The translations under genes and the position numbers were made by a program. The notes beneath the pieces were generated by a model that saw only the letters and a list, made by a program, of their open reading frames with translations, did not search any database and was not told the DNA's origin. A stretch of 64,000 bases of DNA, taken from NCBI GenBank assembly GCA_965222605.1, contig OZ244960.1:5792001-5856000 (forward strand), written 5' to 3'. Source of the stretch: Candidatus Latescibacterota bacterium. GTDB taxonomy: Bacteria; Latescibacterota; UBA2968. How positions within the stretch are numbered: position 1 is the first letter of the stretch; the number at the start of each line of letters is the position of its first letter. This document shows, piece by piece, positions 42,837-52,622 of the stretch.

Positions 42837-43913
42837 ATGAAAACATACCGCGCAGCACTGATTGGATGCAGTCGGATGGGAGCATTTATCGACAATGAGG
42901 TGGACAACACGCTGGCGTATTCCCATGCAGCGGGATACGAGGCATGTGATCGAACGGATTTGGTCGCGTGTTCGGATCTGCGCGAAGATGTGATGGCGCA
43001 GGCGGGCGAGCGATATGGGGTTCCAAAATCGCGGCAGTACACGGATTACCGGGAACTTATCAATACGGAAGAGCCAGATATTGTGAGCGTGGCCACGCAG
43101 CCAGAGCAGCGCGCAGAAATTGTGGTGTATGCTGCCGAGCATGGGGCAAAGGCGATTTATGCGGAGAAGGCGATGGCGGCTTCTATGGCGGATGCCGATG
43201 CGATGGTCGATGCGTGTGAGCGCAATGGTGTGTTTTTCAATCTGGGGACCAATCGGCGATGGGATCGAGGGTATGACAGTATGAAAGCGGTGATTGACAG
43301 CGGGCGTATTGGGCAATTGCGGTCGCTGATTATTCATCAGACGAGTTCTCTTTTCAATGGTGCGAGTCACAGTTTTGATCTGTTGATGCGCCTCAATAGC
43401 GACCATCCCGCATTGTGGGTGCAGGCGCATTTATCACAGGGGGCGGATGAGATTGAGGGGAATATTTTGAAGGCGGATCCGGTGGGGCATGGGATTATCC
43501 AGTTTGAAAATGGCGTGACGGCTTATGCCCTCAATTCCGGACGCGGTTTGGAGGTTGAAGCTGTGGGCGATGCGGGGGTTGTGACGAGTTTGCAAAATGG
43601 CGCGGGGTGGCAGGTGCGCGAGGTGGTTGGGCACGATCACAGGGGACGGAATGTGCTGGGGTTTGGGGATTTTCCAGAGGTGGAGCCGACGAGTTCTACG
43701 GTACATTTGATTGAAGACCTGGCACACGCGCTGGATACGGGCGAACCGACGCGGTGCGGTGTGCGGTTGGCACATGCCAATCAGGAATTGATTTTTGCTT
43801 TTGTCGAATCGCACCAGCGAGGGGGCGAGCGGGTGCATCTGCCGTTGAAAGACTGTCCCTATCGCATGGATCGCGGTTTTGCACCCAGGCAACCGAAGTT
43901 TGAACGCGAATAA
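42837..43913 (+). CDS. Gfo/Idh/MocA oxidoreductase
   Basis: LIGCSRMG, AEKAMA, HSFD. Confidence 0.88.
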   Translation: MKTYRAALIGCSRMGAFIDNEVDNTLAYSHAAGYEACDRTDLVACSDLREDVMAQAGERYGVPKSRQYTDYRELINTEEPDIVSVATQPEQRAEIVVYAAEHGAKAIYAEKAMAASMADADAMVDACERNGVFFNLGTNRRWDRGYDSMKAVIDSGRIGQLRSLIIHQTSSLFNGASHSFDLLMRLNSDHPALWVQAHLSQGADEIEGNILKADPVGHGIIQFENGVTAYALNSGRGLEVEAVGDAGVVTSLQNGAGWQVREVVGHDHRGRNVLGFGDFPEVEPTSSTVHLIEDLAHALDTGEPTRCGVRLAHANQELIFAFVESHQRGGERVHLPLKDCPYRMDRGFAPRQPKFERE

Positions 43914-43924
43914 AGGAGGTTATT

Positions 43925-44941
43925 GTGGAATATCGCGAGTTTGGACAGACGGGTTTGAAGGTTTCGGCAATCGGTTTTGGATGCTGGGAATTGGGCGGGG
44001 GGTATGGGTCTATTGATGACGCTGAGGTCGTTGCTGCGGTCAATCGCGCCATCGATTTGGGGATCAATTGTTTTGATACGGCTCAGGGATATGGCAGTGG
44101 TACGTCTGAGCGGTTGCTTGCACGGGCATTGGGACCGAGGCGTAAAGATGTGATTTTGGTCACAAAGTTTGGTATTGGCTATAAACACGGCAGGGACAGC
44201 AGCAAAGAGATGGTCCACCGGGCGATTGAGCAAAGTTTGGAGATGCTGAATACGGATTACGTCGATGTGTATCTGGTGCATTGGCCCGACCGCGATACGC
44301 CTTTTGAAGAGACCATGGGTGCTTTGGAAGAAATCGTCCAGGCCGGGAAGACGCGGTTTGTGGGGCTGTCGAATTTTACGCCTCCAGAAATTGCGCGGTG
44401 TATGGATGCGCGTCACGTGGATGTGTTGCAATACGGCTGTAATTTGTTCGATCGCCGCCATGTGAAATGGACGTTTCCATACGCGGAAGCAAATAATGTG
44501 GGGGTGATGACGTACGGTTCTCTGGCTTATGGCTTGCTCGCTGGCGCGTTTACAGAAGATACGGTTTTTGAAGATAATGATTGGCGGAGAAGAGGCGGTA
44601 GCAATACGACTTTGCGCCTGTTTGATCCGGGTATATTCCAGCGCAATGTTCGGGCGGTGAATGAGTTGAAGAAAATCGCCGCAGGACTGGGCAAAAATCT
44701 GCCGCATATGGCGCTGAATTGGGTGTTGTCTCACCAGGCTGTGAGCACGGCACTGGTGGGTGCGCGAAAGCCGGAAGAGGTTGAAGACAATATGGGTGCT
44801 CTGGGGTGGACATTGGGTGAGGATACAAAGCGGGCAATTGATAGGGTTTTTGCCAAATACGAGATTGATACTGCGCCCAATAAGTGGGGCGAAACTGATG
44901 CGAGGTGGATAGATATTGATCCCGCGGAGTGGACAGGTTGA
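43925..44941 (+). CDS. Aldo/keto reductase
   Basis: VSAIGFGCW, FDTAQGYG, TKFG, VHWPD, GLSNF. Confidence 0.95.
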   Translation: MEYREFGQTGLKVSAIGFGCWELGGGYGSIDDAEVVAAVNRAIDLGINCFDTAQGYGSGTSERLLARALGPRRKDVILVTKFGIGYKHGRDSSKEMVHRAIEQSLEMLNTDYVDVYLVHWPDRDTPFEETMGALEEIVQAGKTRFVGLSNFTPPEIARCMDARHVDVLQYGCNLFDRRHVKWTFPYAEANNVGVMTYGSLAYGLLAGAFTEDTVFEDNDWRRRGGSNTTLRLFDPGIFQRNVRAVNELKKIAAGLGKNLPHMALNWVLSHQAVSTALVGARKPEEVEDNMGALGWTLGEDTKRAIDRVFAKYEIDTAPNKWGETDARWIDIDPAEWTG

Positions 44942-44948
44942 GGAGGAT

Positions 44949-45896
44949 ATGATGGATAACGTACGCGTTGGTGTAATTGGATGTGGTGGCCGGGGCAGGG
45001 GACACATCCGAATCTTGAATGAATTTGAAGATGTGCATCTCGCAGCGGTTTGCGATCCGGTTGTGGAGATCCGCGAGTCCGTGTGTGATGAGTATGAGAT
45101 CGAAGGACAATACGGCGATGTTTCCGCGTTGCTCGAAGGCGAGGCTCTCGACGCTGTTTTTGTCGCGCCTCCTGCACACTTAAATGCCACGCTTGCATTG
45201 CCGTGTCTGGAGGCTGGCGTAAATACCTTTTTGGAGAAACCACCGGGTTTGAGTCTGAAAGAAACCAAAGCGTTAAAAGCTGCATCTGAAGAAACGGATG
45301 CGAAAGCCATGGTGGGATGGAATCGGCGATTTCATCCGATTATTGTCGAGGCGCGCAATCTGGTGCTGGATCGCGGTCCCGTGACGCAATTGGTGGGGGA
45401 GTTCCACAAGAGTATCACGGAGTTGGGCAATTCGGGCAAATTTGCCGAGGTACTGATGGATTGTATGCTTTTTGAAACGCCGATTCACGCCATTGATACC
45501 ATCCGCTTTTTGGCAGGTGCTGATGTTTCTGAGGTACACAGTGTGGTGCAGCGGTCTATGTCCGGCTATCGGGATGTACACGCGGCTCTCGTCGCGTTTG
45601 AAAATGGCGTTGTCGCGCAACTTATTCACAATTATACGACCAATGCCAGGCTGGAGCGTTATGAGATCCACGGGCACGAGATTTCGGCTTATATGGAGGG
45701 TGTGTCGCGCGGAGAGGTTTTTTGCGATGGTGAGAAGATGGCGTTGAGCGGGAATGGGTCGGGAACAGATGAACAGAACCGATTTTTCATCGATTGCGTC
45801 AAAGAAGATCGCCCAGTCGCGCTTCCCGCGGCAAATTTGGATGAGGCGATTAAAACGATGGAATTGGCCGAGGCGATTATGGCGGGGACGCGATAA
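44949..45896 (+). CDS. Gfo/Idh/MocA oxidoreductase
   Basis: VIGCGGRG, LEKPP, NRRF, HAID. Confidence 0.9.
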   Translation: MMDNVRVGVIGCGGRGRGHIRILNEFEDVHLAAVCDPVVEIRESVCDEYEIEGQYGDVSALLEGEALDAVFVAPPAHLNATLALPCLEAGVNTFLEKPPGLSLKETKALKAASEETDAKAMVGWNRRFHPIIVEARNLVLDRGPVTQLVGEFHKSITELGNSGKFAEVLMDCMLFETPIHAIDTIRFLAGADVSEVHSVVQRSMSGYRDVHAALVAFENGVVAQLIHNYTTNARLERYEIHGHEISAYMEGVSRGEVFCDGEKMALSGNGSGTDEQNRFFIDCVKEDRPVALPAANLDEAIKTMELAEAIMAGTR

Positions 45897-45912
45897 AACC
45901 GGCTTCTTTCTA

Positions 45913-45941
45913 TTGACAATATTTTCCGAATCCCATACTTT
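45913..45941 (+). promoter_or_regulatory. tRNA promoter
   Basis: TTGACA-N17-TACTTT. Confidence 0.6.
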
Positions 45942-45952
45942 TAAATCAGAAA

Positions 45953-46029
45953 CGAGGTGTGGCTCAGTCCGGTAGAGCACCTGCTTTGGGAGCAGGGGGC
46001 CGGGGGTTCAAATCCCTCCACCTCGACCA
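45953..46029 (+). tRNA. tRNA-Pro(TGG)
   Basis: CGAGGTGTGGCTCAGTCCGGTAGAGCA-CCTGC-TTTGGGA-GCAGG...GGTTCAAATCC...CACCTCGACCA. Confidence 0.96.
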
Positions 46030-46032
46030 ATA

Positions 46033-46074
46033 AACAAGGGGTTGTGAGTTTTTGCTCGCAACCCCTTTTGTTTT
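46033..46074 (+). terminator. Intrinsic terminator after tRNA-Pro
   Basis: AAGGGGTTGTGAG-loop-CTCGCAACCCCTT followed by a T tract. Confidence 0.8.
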
Positions 46075-46291
46075 GAGGTGTAGTGGAACCGCTATAAAGG
46101 CTAATGAACGGGGCAGGACATCGCCCCGTTTTACACCGCTTGACATTGGGCATCAACGTGGTATTTTCTCACACAGAGATAGTGTCAAATGTTGTGGATG
46201 GCGTCGCGCGCAGCATTGAATTAAAGCGTGAACGGGCCTGGACCAGTTGTAATCCGTCCCCAATGCAAGCGCGTGATAATAAGGGTTTTTT

Positions 46292-49200
46292 ATGCTCAAA
46301 TCACTTGACCGCATGGGTACCTGGCGGACTTATTCTCTGGATAGCGGCCTTGCCGGGCTGCGCGTTGAACATATCGCCGAGGACAACGAGGGGTGTATCT
46401 GGTTCGCCACCTGGGACAACGGTGTTAGTCGCTTCGACGGGGACGAGTTCCGGAATTTTACCAAACAGGACGGCCTTGTTAATGATCATATTTATTTTGT
46501 TTCACAAGACAGTCAGAATCGATTGTGGTTCGGTACAGAAAAAGGCGTCTGCTGGTACGACGGGGTGGGTTTCCATTATTTGAAGGGCGATGGGATCGCA
46601 GGCCGATCCGTGCAATCTATCTACGAAGATCGTCAGAGGCGTATATGGTTCGGTGGCACGAGTACCCTGGGGTATTACGATGGTACTGTGTTTCACGACA
46701 TGATTCCGCTCTACCTCCAGCACTACGAGCAGCCTCCTTCTCATCAGTGGGCCATGTGTTGGGGTATTACTCAGGATCCGCAAGGACACCTGTGGTTTGG
46801 CTTTGACCGCCTCATCCGCTTTGATGGTGAATTCTTCCACCGCTATGAAGAGAAAGACGGTTTTCCCTACGAAGGGACCGCCTATGTCGTGGGCCAGGAC
46901 CATACCGGCAAGGTGTGGATTGGTCGGTTCGGAAATCGAGATGAACTCTGGTGCTATGCCGATGGTGCCTTCCAATCTGTTCAGGTAAATTTGGGAGGCT
47001 GGCTACGCAAAATTCAGTGTGACCGTGAAGGGCGAATGTGGTTCTGCACCTCGGAAGGGGTATTGTATCAGGACAGTGACGGATTCAGCAGGTTTCCCCT
47101 TGCCGATGGCTTGTCCCATCCCGCAGTCAAAGCCGTGTTTCAGGATCGCGATCATCAGTATTGGTTCGCCACCTGGAGCGGCGTTGGACTTTACGATGCT
47201 CATAGTATCAGCGTTTTTGACCTCGGTAAGGCTTTTCCCAAAGACAAAGAGCCGAGCGAAATCTCGCAGATCGTACAAGATCGGCAAGGTGATATATGGA
47301 TCGGGTGTGTGTCACCCCTTCTTACTGACCTGCCCCAAAGCGTCGCCCGCTTTGATGGCGAGCACTTTACATTTGTAGGCTCCGAGCAAGGCTTTGATAT
47401 CAACAACTGTTTCTCTATGTACGAGGACCACGAGGGGTATCTGTGGTTTGGCGGCCTCAACGGCCTGTTCCGCTACGATGGGCAGGAAATAAAAAAAATA
47501 AAAATAGCTGCGGGTTCAGGCGACAGGAGTATCAGTACAATTACCCAGGACGCGCAAGGTCAATTCCTTTTCGGCTATTGGGGAAAGGGCACCTATAAAA
47601 CTAAAATCGGATTCAAAAAAGAAGAGTTTTCGACCAGCCCATTAGAGATCATTTACCAGCGGGGCGAGGCGTTCCAAACCATTTTTGTGGAGGATGAAAA
47701 GAAAGATATTTTAGACCGCATTGGCACTGTGATTGCCGGGCGCAACAGCGAGATCTATTTTCATTTGGCCTGCCACAATTTCTCAGTTGGCAACAGGGGC
47801 TTCGCTCGCTGGCATCCCGAAGATGGCCTTAAATTTTATGGAATTGAAGATGGTTTGATAGACCCCAAGGTCAACGACCTGCTATTAGACCGCGCAGGCA
47901 ACCTGTGGATTGCCACTTTGAGCGGTCTCGTTCGTTTTGATGGCTACACTTTCCACACATTCACGACTGAAGACGGTCTGCCGAACAACCGCATTCGGTG
48001 TCTATTCGAGGATCGGCAAGGACACCTCTGGCTCGGGACAGAAGGCGGTGTAGTTCACTACGATGGTCAGCTTTTTCAGACCATCAAGTCACCGCATATA
48101 GGATCGGTTTCTCAGATATTCGAAGATCGCGACGGAACGTTCTATTTTGGCACTGCTCTGGGTTCTATAATACGCTATCGCCAGCGGCAAACTCCGCCCC
48201 AGATTCGCCTGATTCAGGTTGTCGCCGATCAGGTCTATGAGAACTTAGACGACATCATCTTGTCCACGGCAGGACAGCAGGTGATTTTCGAATACAAGGG
48301 GATGAGTTTTTCCACACATCCGCGCGACATGCTCTATGTCTATCGCCTGAAGGGATACGACTCCGACTGGCGTCCAGCGACCCGAAAGATGCGGGCCTTT
48401 TACCGGGGCTTGCCGCCGGGAGACTACACCTTTCAGGTCAGGTCTATAGATCGCGATCTCAATTATTCAGAGATCGCGCAGGTAAGACTCTCGATAACGG
48501 CGGACCCGCGTATCGAAGCATTTACGGACATAATCAACCGTCGAGGAAGCCAGAAGTTTATCGGGCATAGCGAGGCTCTGCGCGAGTTTCTAATCAATCT
48601 TGAAAAAATCGCATCTACCAATATAACTGTGCTGATTATGGGCGAGACAGGTGTGGGCAAGGGACTGGCAGCACGGGTGCTACACGCGCTGAGTAACCAT
48701 AGCGATGGGCCTTTTATAGAGGTTAGTTGCGGTGCATTGCCCGAGGCGTTGATCGATAGCGAACTTTTTGGTCACGAGCAAGGGGCTTTTACCAGCGCTA
48801 TTTCCCGCAGACTGGGCAGGGTGGAACTGGCGGAGGGTGGCACGCTCTTTTTGGATGAGATCGGCGATATGGCTGTGGAAACGCAGGTCAAGCTGTTGCG
48901 CTTGCTGGAAGAGGGCACGTTTGAGCGCGTTGGGAGCAGCGAGACGCTGACGACAAAGACGCGGATTGTGGCAGCGACGAATCGCAATCTGGAAGAGATG
49001 GTCAGCACAGATGATTTTCGGGAGGATCTCTATTACCGCCTCAATGCCTTTCCGATGTATTTGCCGCCGCTGCGCGAGCGCAAGGAGGATATACCATACC
49101 TTGCCGAGTTTTTCAAGAACCGCATGGCGACACATTTAGATAAGCAAATCGGCCCTTTGACAGTAGAGGTTATAGAAGTGCTGCAAGCCTACCATTGGCC

Positions 49201-49498
49201 AGGCAATGTGCGAGAACTGGAGCATACGATAAACCGCGCCGTAATCGTGTGTCAGGATTCTCGAATTGACGTTGGGGATATCGGCCTCATAAGCAGTAGC
49301 TCTCCTGTTTTTACAGACCGAGAAATCGTGCCTTTGGCTGAATATGAACGCGATTACATACTCAAAGTGCTCAAAGCGACCAACTATCAGATAAAAGGTG
49401 TTCATGGTGCAGCGGCACTGCTGGGACTACACCCTTCGACGCTGTATGGGAAAATGAGAAAACAGGGTATCAAACGCCCAGGTAAAGATCATATATAA
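46292..49498 (+). CDS. Sigma-54 enhancer-binding protein with Reg_prop beta-propeller repeats and Y_Y_Y domain
   Basis: Repeats of D..G.LWFGT..GV.RFDG; YVYRLKGYD..W......Y..LPPGDYTFQV; GETGVGK, LFGHEQGAFTSA, FLDEIGD, FREDLYYRL, WPGNVREL; Fis-type HTH. Confidence 0.93.
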   Translation: MLKSLDRMGTWRTYSLDSGLAGLRVEHIAEDNEGCIWFATWDNGVSRFDGDEFRNFTKQDGLVNDHIYFVSQDSQNRLWFGTEKGVCWYDGVGFHYLKGDGIAGRSVQSIYEDRQRRIWFGGTSTLGYYDGTVFHDMIPLYLQHYEQPPSHQWAMCWGITQDPQGHLWFGFDRLIRFDGEFFHRYEEKDGFPYEGTAYVVGQDHTGKVWIGRFGNRDELWCYADGAFQSVQVNLGGWLRKIQCDREGRMWFCTSEGVLYQDSDGFSRFPLADGLSHPAVKAVFQDRDHQYWFATWSGVGLYDAHSISVFDLGKAFPKDKEPSEISQIVQDRQGDIWIGCVSPLLTDLPQSVARFDGEHFTFVGSEQGFDINNCFSMYEDHEGYLWFGGLNGLFRYDGQEIKKIKIAAGSGDRSISTITQDAQGQFLFGYWGKGTYKTKIGFKKEEFSTSPLEIIYQRGEAFQTIFVEDEKKDILDRIGTVIAGRNSEIYFHLACHNFSVGNRGFARWHPEDGLKFYGIEDGLIDPKVNDLLLDRAGNLWIATLSGLVRFDGYTFHTFTTEDGLPNNRIRCLFEDRQGHLWLGTEGGVVHYDGQLFQTIKSPHIGSVSQIFEDRDGTFYFGTALGSIIRYRQRQTPPQIRLIQVVADQVYENLDDIILSTAGQQVIFEYKGMSFSTHPRDMLYVYRLKGYDSDWRPATRKMRAFYRGLPPGDYTFQVRSIDRDLNYSEIAQVRLSITADPRIEAFTDIINRRGSQKFIGHSEALREFLINLEKIASTNITVLIMGETGVGKGLAARVLHALSNHSDGPFIEVSCGALPEALIDSELFGHEQGAFTSAISRRLGRVELAEGGTLFLDEIGDMAVETQVKLLRLLEEGTFERVGSSETLTTKTRIVAATNRNLEEMVSTDDFREDLYYRLNAFPMYLPPLRERKEDIPYLAEFFKNRMATHLDKQIGPLTVEVIEVLQAYHWPGNVRELEHTINRAVIVCQDSRIDVGDIGLISSSSPVFTDREIVPLAEYERDYILKVLKATNYQIKGVHGAAALLGLHPSTLYGKMRKQGIKRPGKDHI

Positions 49499-49601
49499 TC
49501 TCAAGGATCATATATGATCTTTTGTTGTTAAAATACTATTATTAAGATACTTAAGTAATACATAAGAGTTAGACTGATTATTTTTGAGATCATATACGAT
49601 C
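49487..49601. promoter_or_regulatory. Three palindromic putative upstream activator sites GATCATATA(T/C)(G/A)ATC
   Basis: GATCATATATAATC 49487-49500, GATCATATATGATC 49506-49519, GATCATATACGATC 49588-49601. Confidence 0.7.
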
Positions 49602-49702
49602 TCGAAAATATAAAATACAGTCTAACTCTTATTTTTTTATAATAATTCTATCCTGATTAAAAATAACATCTTACGAGTATAGTTATTTGGGTCCATTCAC
49701 AG

Positions 49703-49718
49703 TGGCACACATATTGCA
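49703..49718 (+). promoter_or_regulatory. Sigma-54 (-24/-12) promoter
   Basis: TGGCAC-ACATA-TTGCA consensus, 65 bp upstream of the next gene. Confidence 0.85.
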
Positions 49719-49782
49719 TTATATCTATGTGTTTAATGCCATAAAGGAGAAGATTTAGACTTCAAAGAAAGGAAGGTAGAGT

Positions 49783-50625
49783 ATGAAACATTTTTTGGTA
49801 TTTGTGGTCATTGCAAGTTGCTTGTGGTTATCACATCCGGCGGCGCATGCCGAGTCAGATAGGGCATTTTTGAAGAAGACCATTAAGGAAAACTTGGAGG
49901 GCGCGAGTTCGTCGGAAATCATTTTTGCCAGGTACGGGCGGCGCACCATCACGTTGAAACCCCTCGCGACCAGCCAGTATGAAATGCGCCTGGCACTCTG
50001 GACTTTGATGGGCGAGCCGGTTGAACTTTATGAATGCCTCATGCCGCACTTGGGGAGCCTGATCTTTGGAGCGAACGACGGTTACGCCAATAGAGTTGAA
50101 ATTGTCAGCGTCGGTGATAAAAACGAGACTGACATATCATTCTACGGCGATAGCAAAGTGTACGTCAGCCAGGACGTGTTGGACAAAATCGATTACGTGG
50201 ACTTTAGCTTTTCGATCGTGACCTATGACCTTTTTGAATTGCCGGACGAGTTCTATTCGAAAGACAATAGCATGCGTTTTGGTACTTTTAAAGCGTATAT
50301 CCATTTGAAGAACCCTGGTGTTTTGGCTTCACCCGGCAAATGGGGCTGGGACACGCCAGGAAGTCCTGAATGGGAAAAATTTCTGTCGAAGTATCAATTT
50401 CCTTTGGATGAAGGTAAATACAAGTTGCCGGAAGACCATTACATGGACGAAAAGCAGGCTAAGGAGGCATTTCGCCGCATGCGCTGGCGTTACCACAAAA
50501 AACAGGACTTATTCGTTAAAAACTGGTTCGATATTCATCATTTGCGCGTGAATCCGGACCGTATCCTGGACCTCATCCGCAAACACAGTCCTGAAGCCTA
50601 CGCCGAGATCATGGAAAAAGAATAA
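49783..50625 (+). CDS. Hypothetical secreted protein
   Basis: Signal peptide ending AHA; no recognised domain. Confidence 0.7.
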   Translation: MKHFLVFVVIASCLWLSHPAAHAESDRAFLKKTIKENLEGASSSEIIFARYGRRTITLKPLATSQYEMRLALWTLMGEPVELYECLMPHLGSLIFGANDGYANRVEIVSVGDKNETDISFYGDSKVYVSQDVLDKIDYVDFSFSIVTYDLFELPDEFYSKDNSMRFGTFKAYIHLKNPGVLASPGKWGWDTPGSPEWEKFLSKYQFPLDEGKYKLPEDHYMDEKQAKEAFRRMRWRYHKKQDLFVKNWFDIHHLRVNPDRILDLIRKHSPEAYAEIMEKE

Positions 50626-50811
50626 AGCAAGTGAGGTGGAATATGAAACGTTTTTGGTTGTGCTTGAGGTGGATTGATGATTTGCATTTTTCTACCTGGC
50701 TTGTGCAACAGAAAGGCGGTTTACTTATGAGAGGTCAAAGCATAAGTAAAGCAAGTTATCAGTACAAAATAAGACGTGCCTGTTTTTAAGACTACAAGAA
50801 AGGGGTTCAGT

Positions 50812-51582
50812 ATGTGGCGCATGTTTGTCGTCTTGGCCGTTGTGGTGAGTTGCTGGACGGTGTATTCTGTGTATTCCGAACCGAGTTTTCCAATGCCTGA
50901 GATGGTGATGATTCCGTCGGGCAGTTTTCAGATGGGCTGTGTGTCGGGTAGGCGCTGCTCGGACGCTGAGAAACCTGTGCATGAAGTGATGATAGACTCG
51001 TTTGCCCTGTCGAAGTATGAGGTGACCTTTGAGGAGTATGATGCATTCACCGATGCGACGGGACGCGAGCGGGCAGACGATGAAGGTTGGGGGCGTGGTC
51101 GGCGTCCGGTGATCAATGTTTCGTGGTTTGATGCGATGGCCTACACGCAGTGGCTGTCGTCACAGACGGGCAAGACCTATCGTTTGCCGAGCGAGGCGGA
51201 GTGGGAGTATGCAGCGCGCGCGGGAACTGAGACGATGTTTAGCTGGGGGAATGATTCTGGTTACAACCGCGCCAATTGCAATGGCTGTGGCAGTCGGTGG
51301 GATAAAAAACAGACGGCACCAGTGGGATCATTCGAGGCCAATGGCTGGGGCCTTTACGACATGCACGGTAATGTATGGGAGTGGGTACGAGATTGTCGGA
51401 ACGAGAGTTATAGGGGCGCACCGACAGATGGTTCTGCATGGATTGGAATTTGCTCTGAGCGCGTGTTGCGTGGTGGTTCGTGGTACTTCAGCCCGTGGGT
51501 CTTGCGGTCGGCGTATCGCGACTGGTACCCCTCCGGCTATCGGGACGACGTCATCGGTTTTCGAGTTGCCCGGTCTTTTTAG
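50812..51582 (+). CDS. Secreted FGE-sulfatase/C-type-lectin-fold protein, DGR-target-like (intact)
   Basis: PEMVMIPSGSFQMG, EKPVHEV, YEVT, PVINVSW, RLPSEAEWEYAARAG, GLYDMHGNVWEW, RGGSW...GFRVAR. Confidence 0.92.
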   Translation: MWRMFVVLAVVVSCWTVYSVYSEPSFPMPEMVMIPSGSFQMGCVSGRRCSDAEKPVHEVMIDSFALSKYEVTFEEYDAFTDATGRERADDEGWGRGRRPVINVSWFDAMAYTQWLSSQTGKTYRLPSEAEWEYAARAGTETMFSWGNDSGYNRANCNGCGSRWDKKQTAPVGSFEANGWGLYDMHGNVWEWVRDCRNESYRGAPTDGSAWIGICSERVLRGGSWYFSPWVLRSAYRDWYPSGYRDDVIGFRVARSF

Positions 51583-51705
51583 CTCCTGATTCTTTACATC
51601 TTTACTTCATTTGTGGGGCTGGGGACTGGCGGGGGTTTTACGATTTTTTTAGCGACCACTATGATTGCACTTGAGTCGGTGAACAAGTATCTAAAGGAGG
51701 CATCT

Positions 51706-51969
51706 ATGTGGAACCATATTATGTTGACCATTTGTTCGGTGTTTGTGTTGACAGGTCCGGCATCGACTGGAGACATGACCCGTGACCCGGACAAGGACTT
51801 CAATAAGCTAAGCACCGCAGGAAACCAACGCCCTCAAGGGATCTGGTCGAACGGAACGACCATGTGGGTGGTGGACTCCTATGACCAGAAAATTTATGCC
51901 TACAACCTGAGGACCAAAGCCCGTGACTCGAACAGGATGATAGCTGGGACCGCGAGAATCGTCCTGTGA
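51706..51969 (+). pseudogene. Truncated secreted protein with a GIWSNGTTMWV-type repeat
   Basis: RBS AAGGAGG; signal peptide; DKDFNKL..AGN..P.GIWSNGTTMWVVD...KIYAY; runs out of frame into FGE copy 2. Confidence 0.6.
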
Positions 51970-52442
51970 TGAATGTGAGCTGGGAAGATGCCCAGTCTTA
52001 TGTTCGCTGGTTGTCTGGCAAGACGGGAAAACCCTATCGTTTATTGAGTGAATCGGAATGGGAGTATGTGGCGCGTGCAGGTACAGAGACGGCGTATAGC
52101 TGGGGGGATCATATTGGTGAAAACCGTGCCAATTGTGATGGTTGCGGCAGTCAGTGGGATGGTAAGCAGACGGCGCCAGTGGGATCATTCGCAGCCAATG
52201 GCTGGGGCCTTTACGACATGCACGGTAATGTAAGGGAGTGGGTGGAAGACTGCTATCATGGCAGCTATGCGGGCGCACCTACTGATGGAAGTGCACGGGA
52301 GTCTACGGAGGGGTGCTGGCGCGTGTTTCGTGGTGGTTCGTGGGACCTCGAACCGAGGAATTTGCGTTCGGCGTATCGCAGCAGAGGCACCACCGATGTT
52401 CGGTACTACAGCATCGGTTTTCGAGTTGCCCGGTCTTTTTAA
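51936..52442 (+). pseudogene. 5'-truncated FGE/C-type-lectin DGR-target-like copy 2
   Basis: Frame begins mid-domain (DDSWDRENRPVMNVSW); high DNA similarity to copy 1; ends RGGSW...GFRVARSF. Confidence 0.8.
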
Positions 52443-52622
52443 CTCCTGATTCTTTACATCTTTACCTCTTTTGTGGGGGAGGGTGGGGGGTGGGGGCTTG
52501 GGGGTTGGTTTTAGACGGGGGGTTTTACGATTTTTTTTCGAGGGAGGGTTTACGTGGTATGTTCGAAGAATTTTCCCCATTGAACAATCCTGTTATAGGA
52601 TAGGATATCAGGAGTTAGGCTT

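Noticed and set aside
43859-45310. 483-aa minus-strand ORF
   Set aside because: Antisense to the AKR and Gfo/Idh/MocA genes
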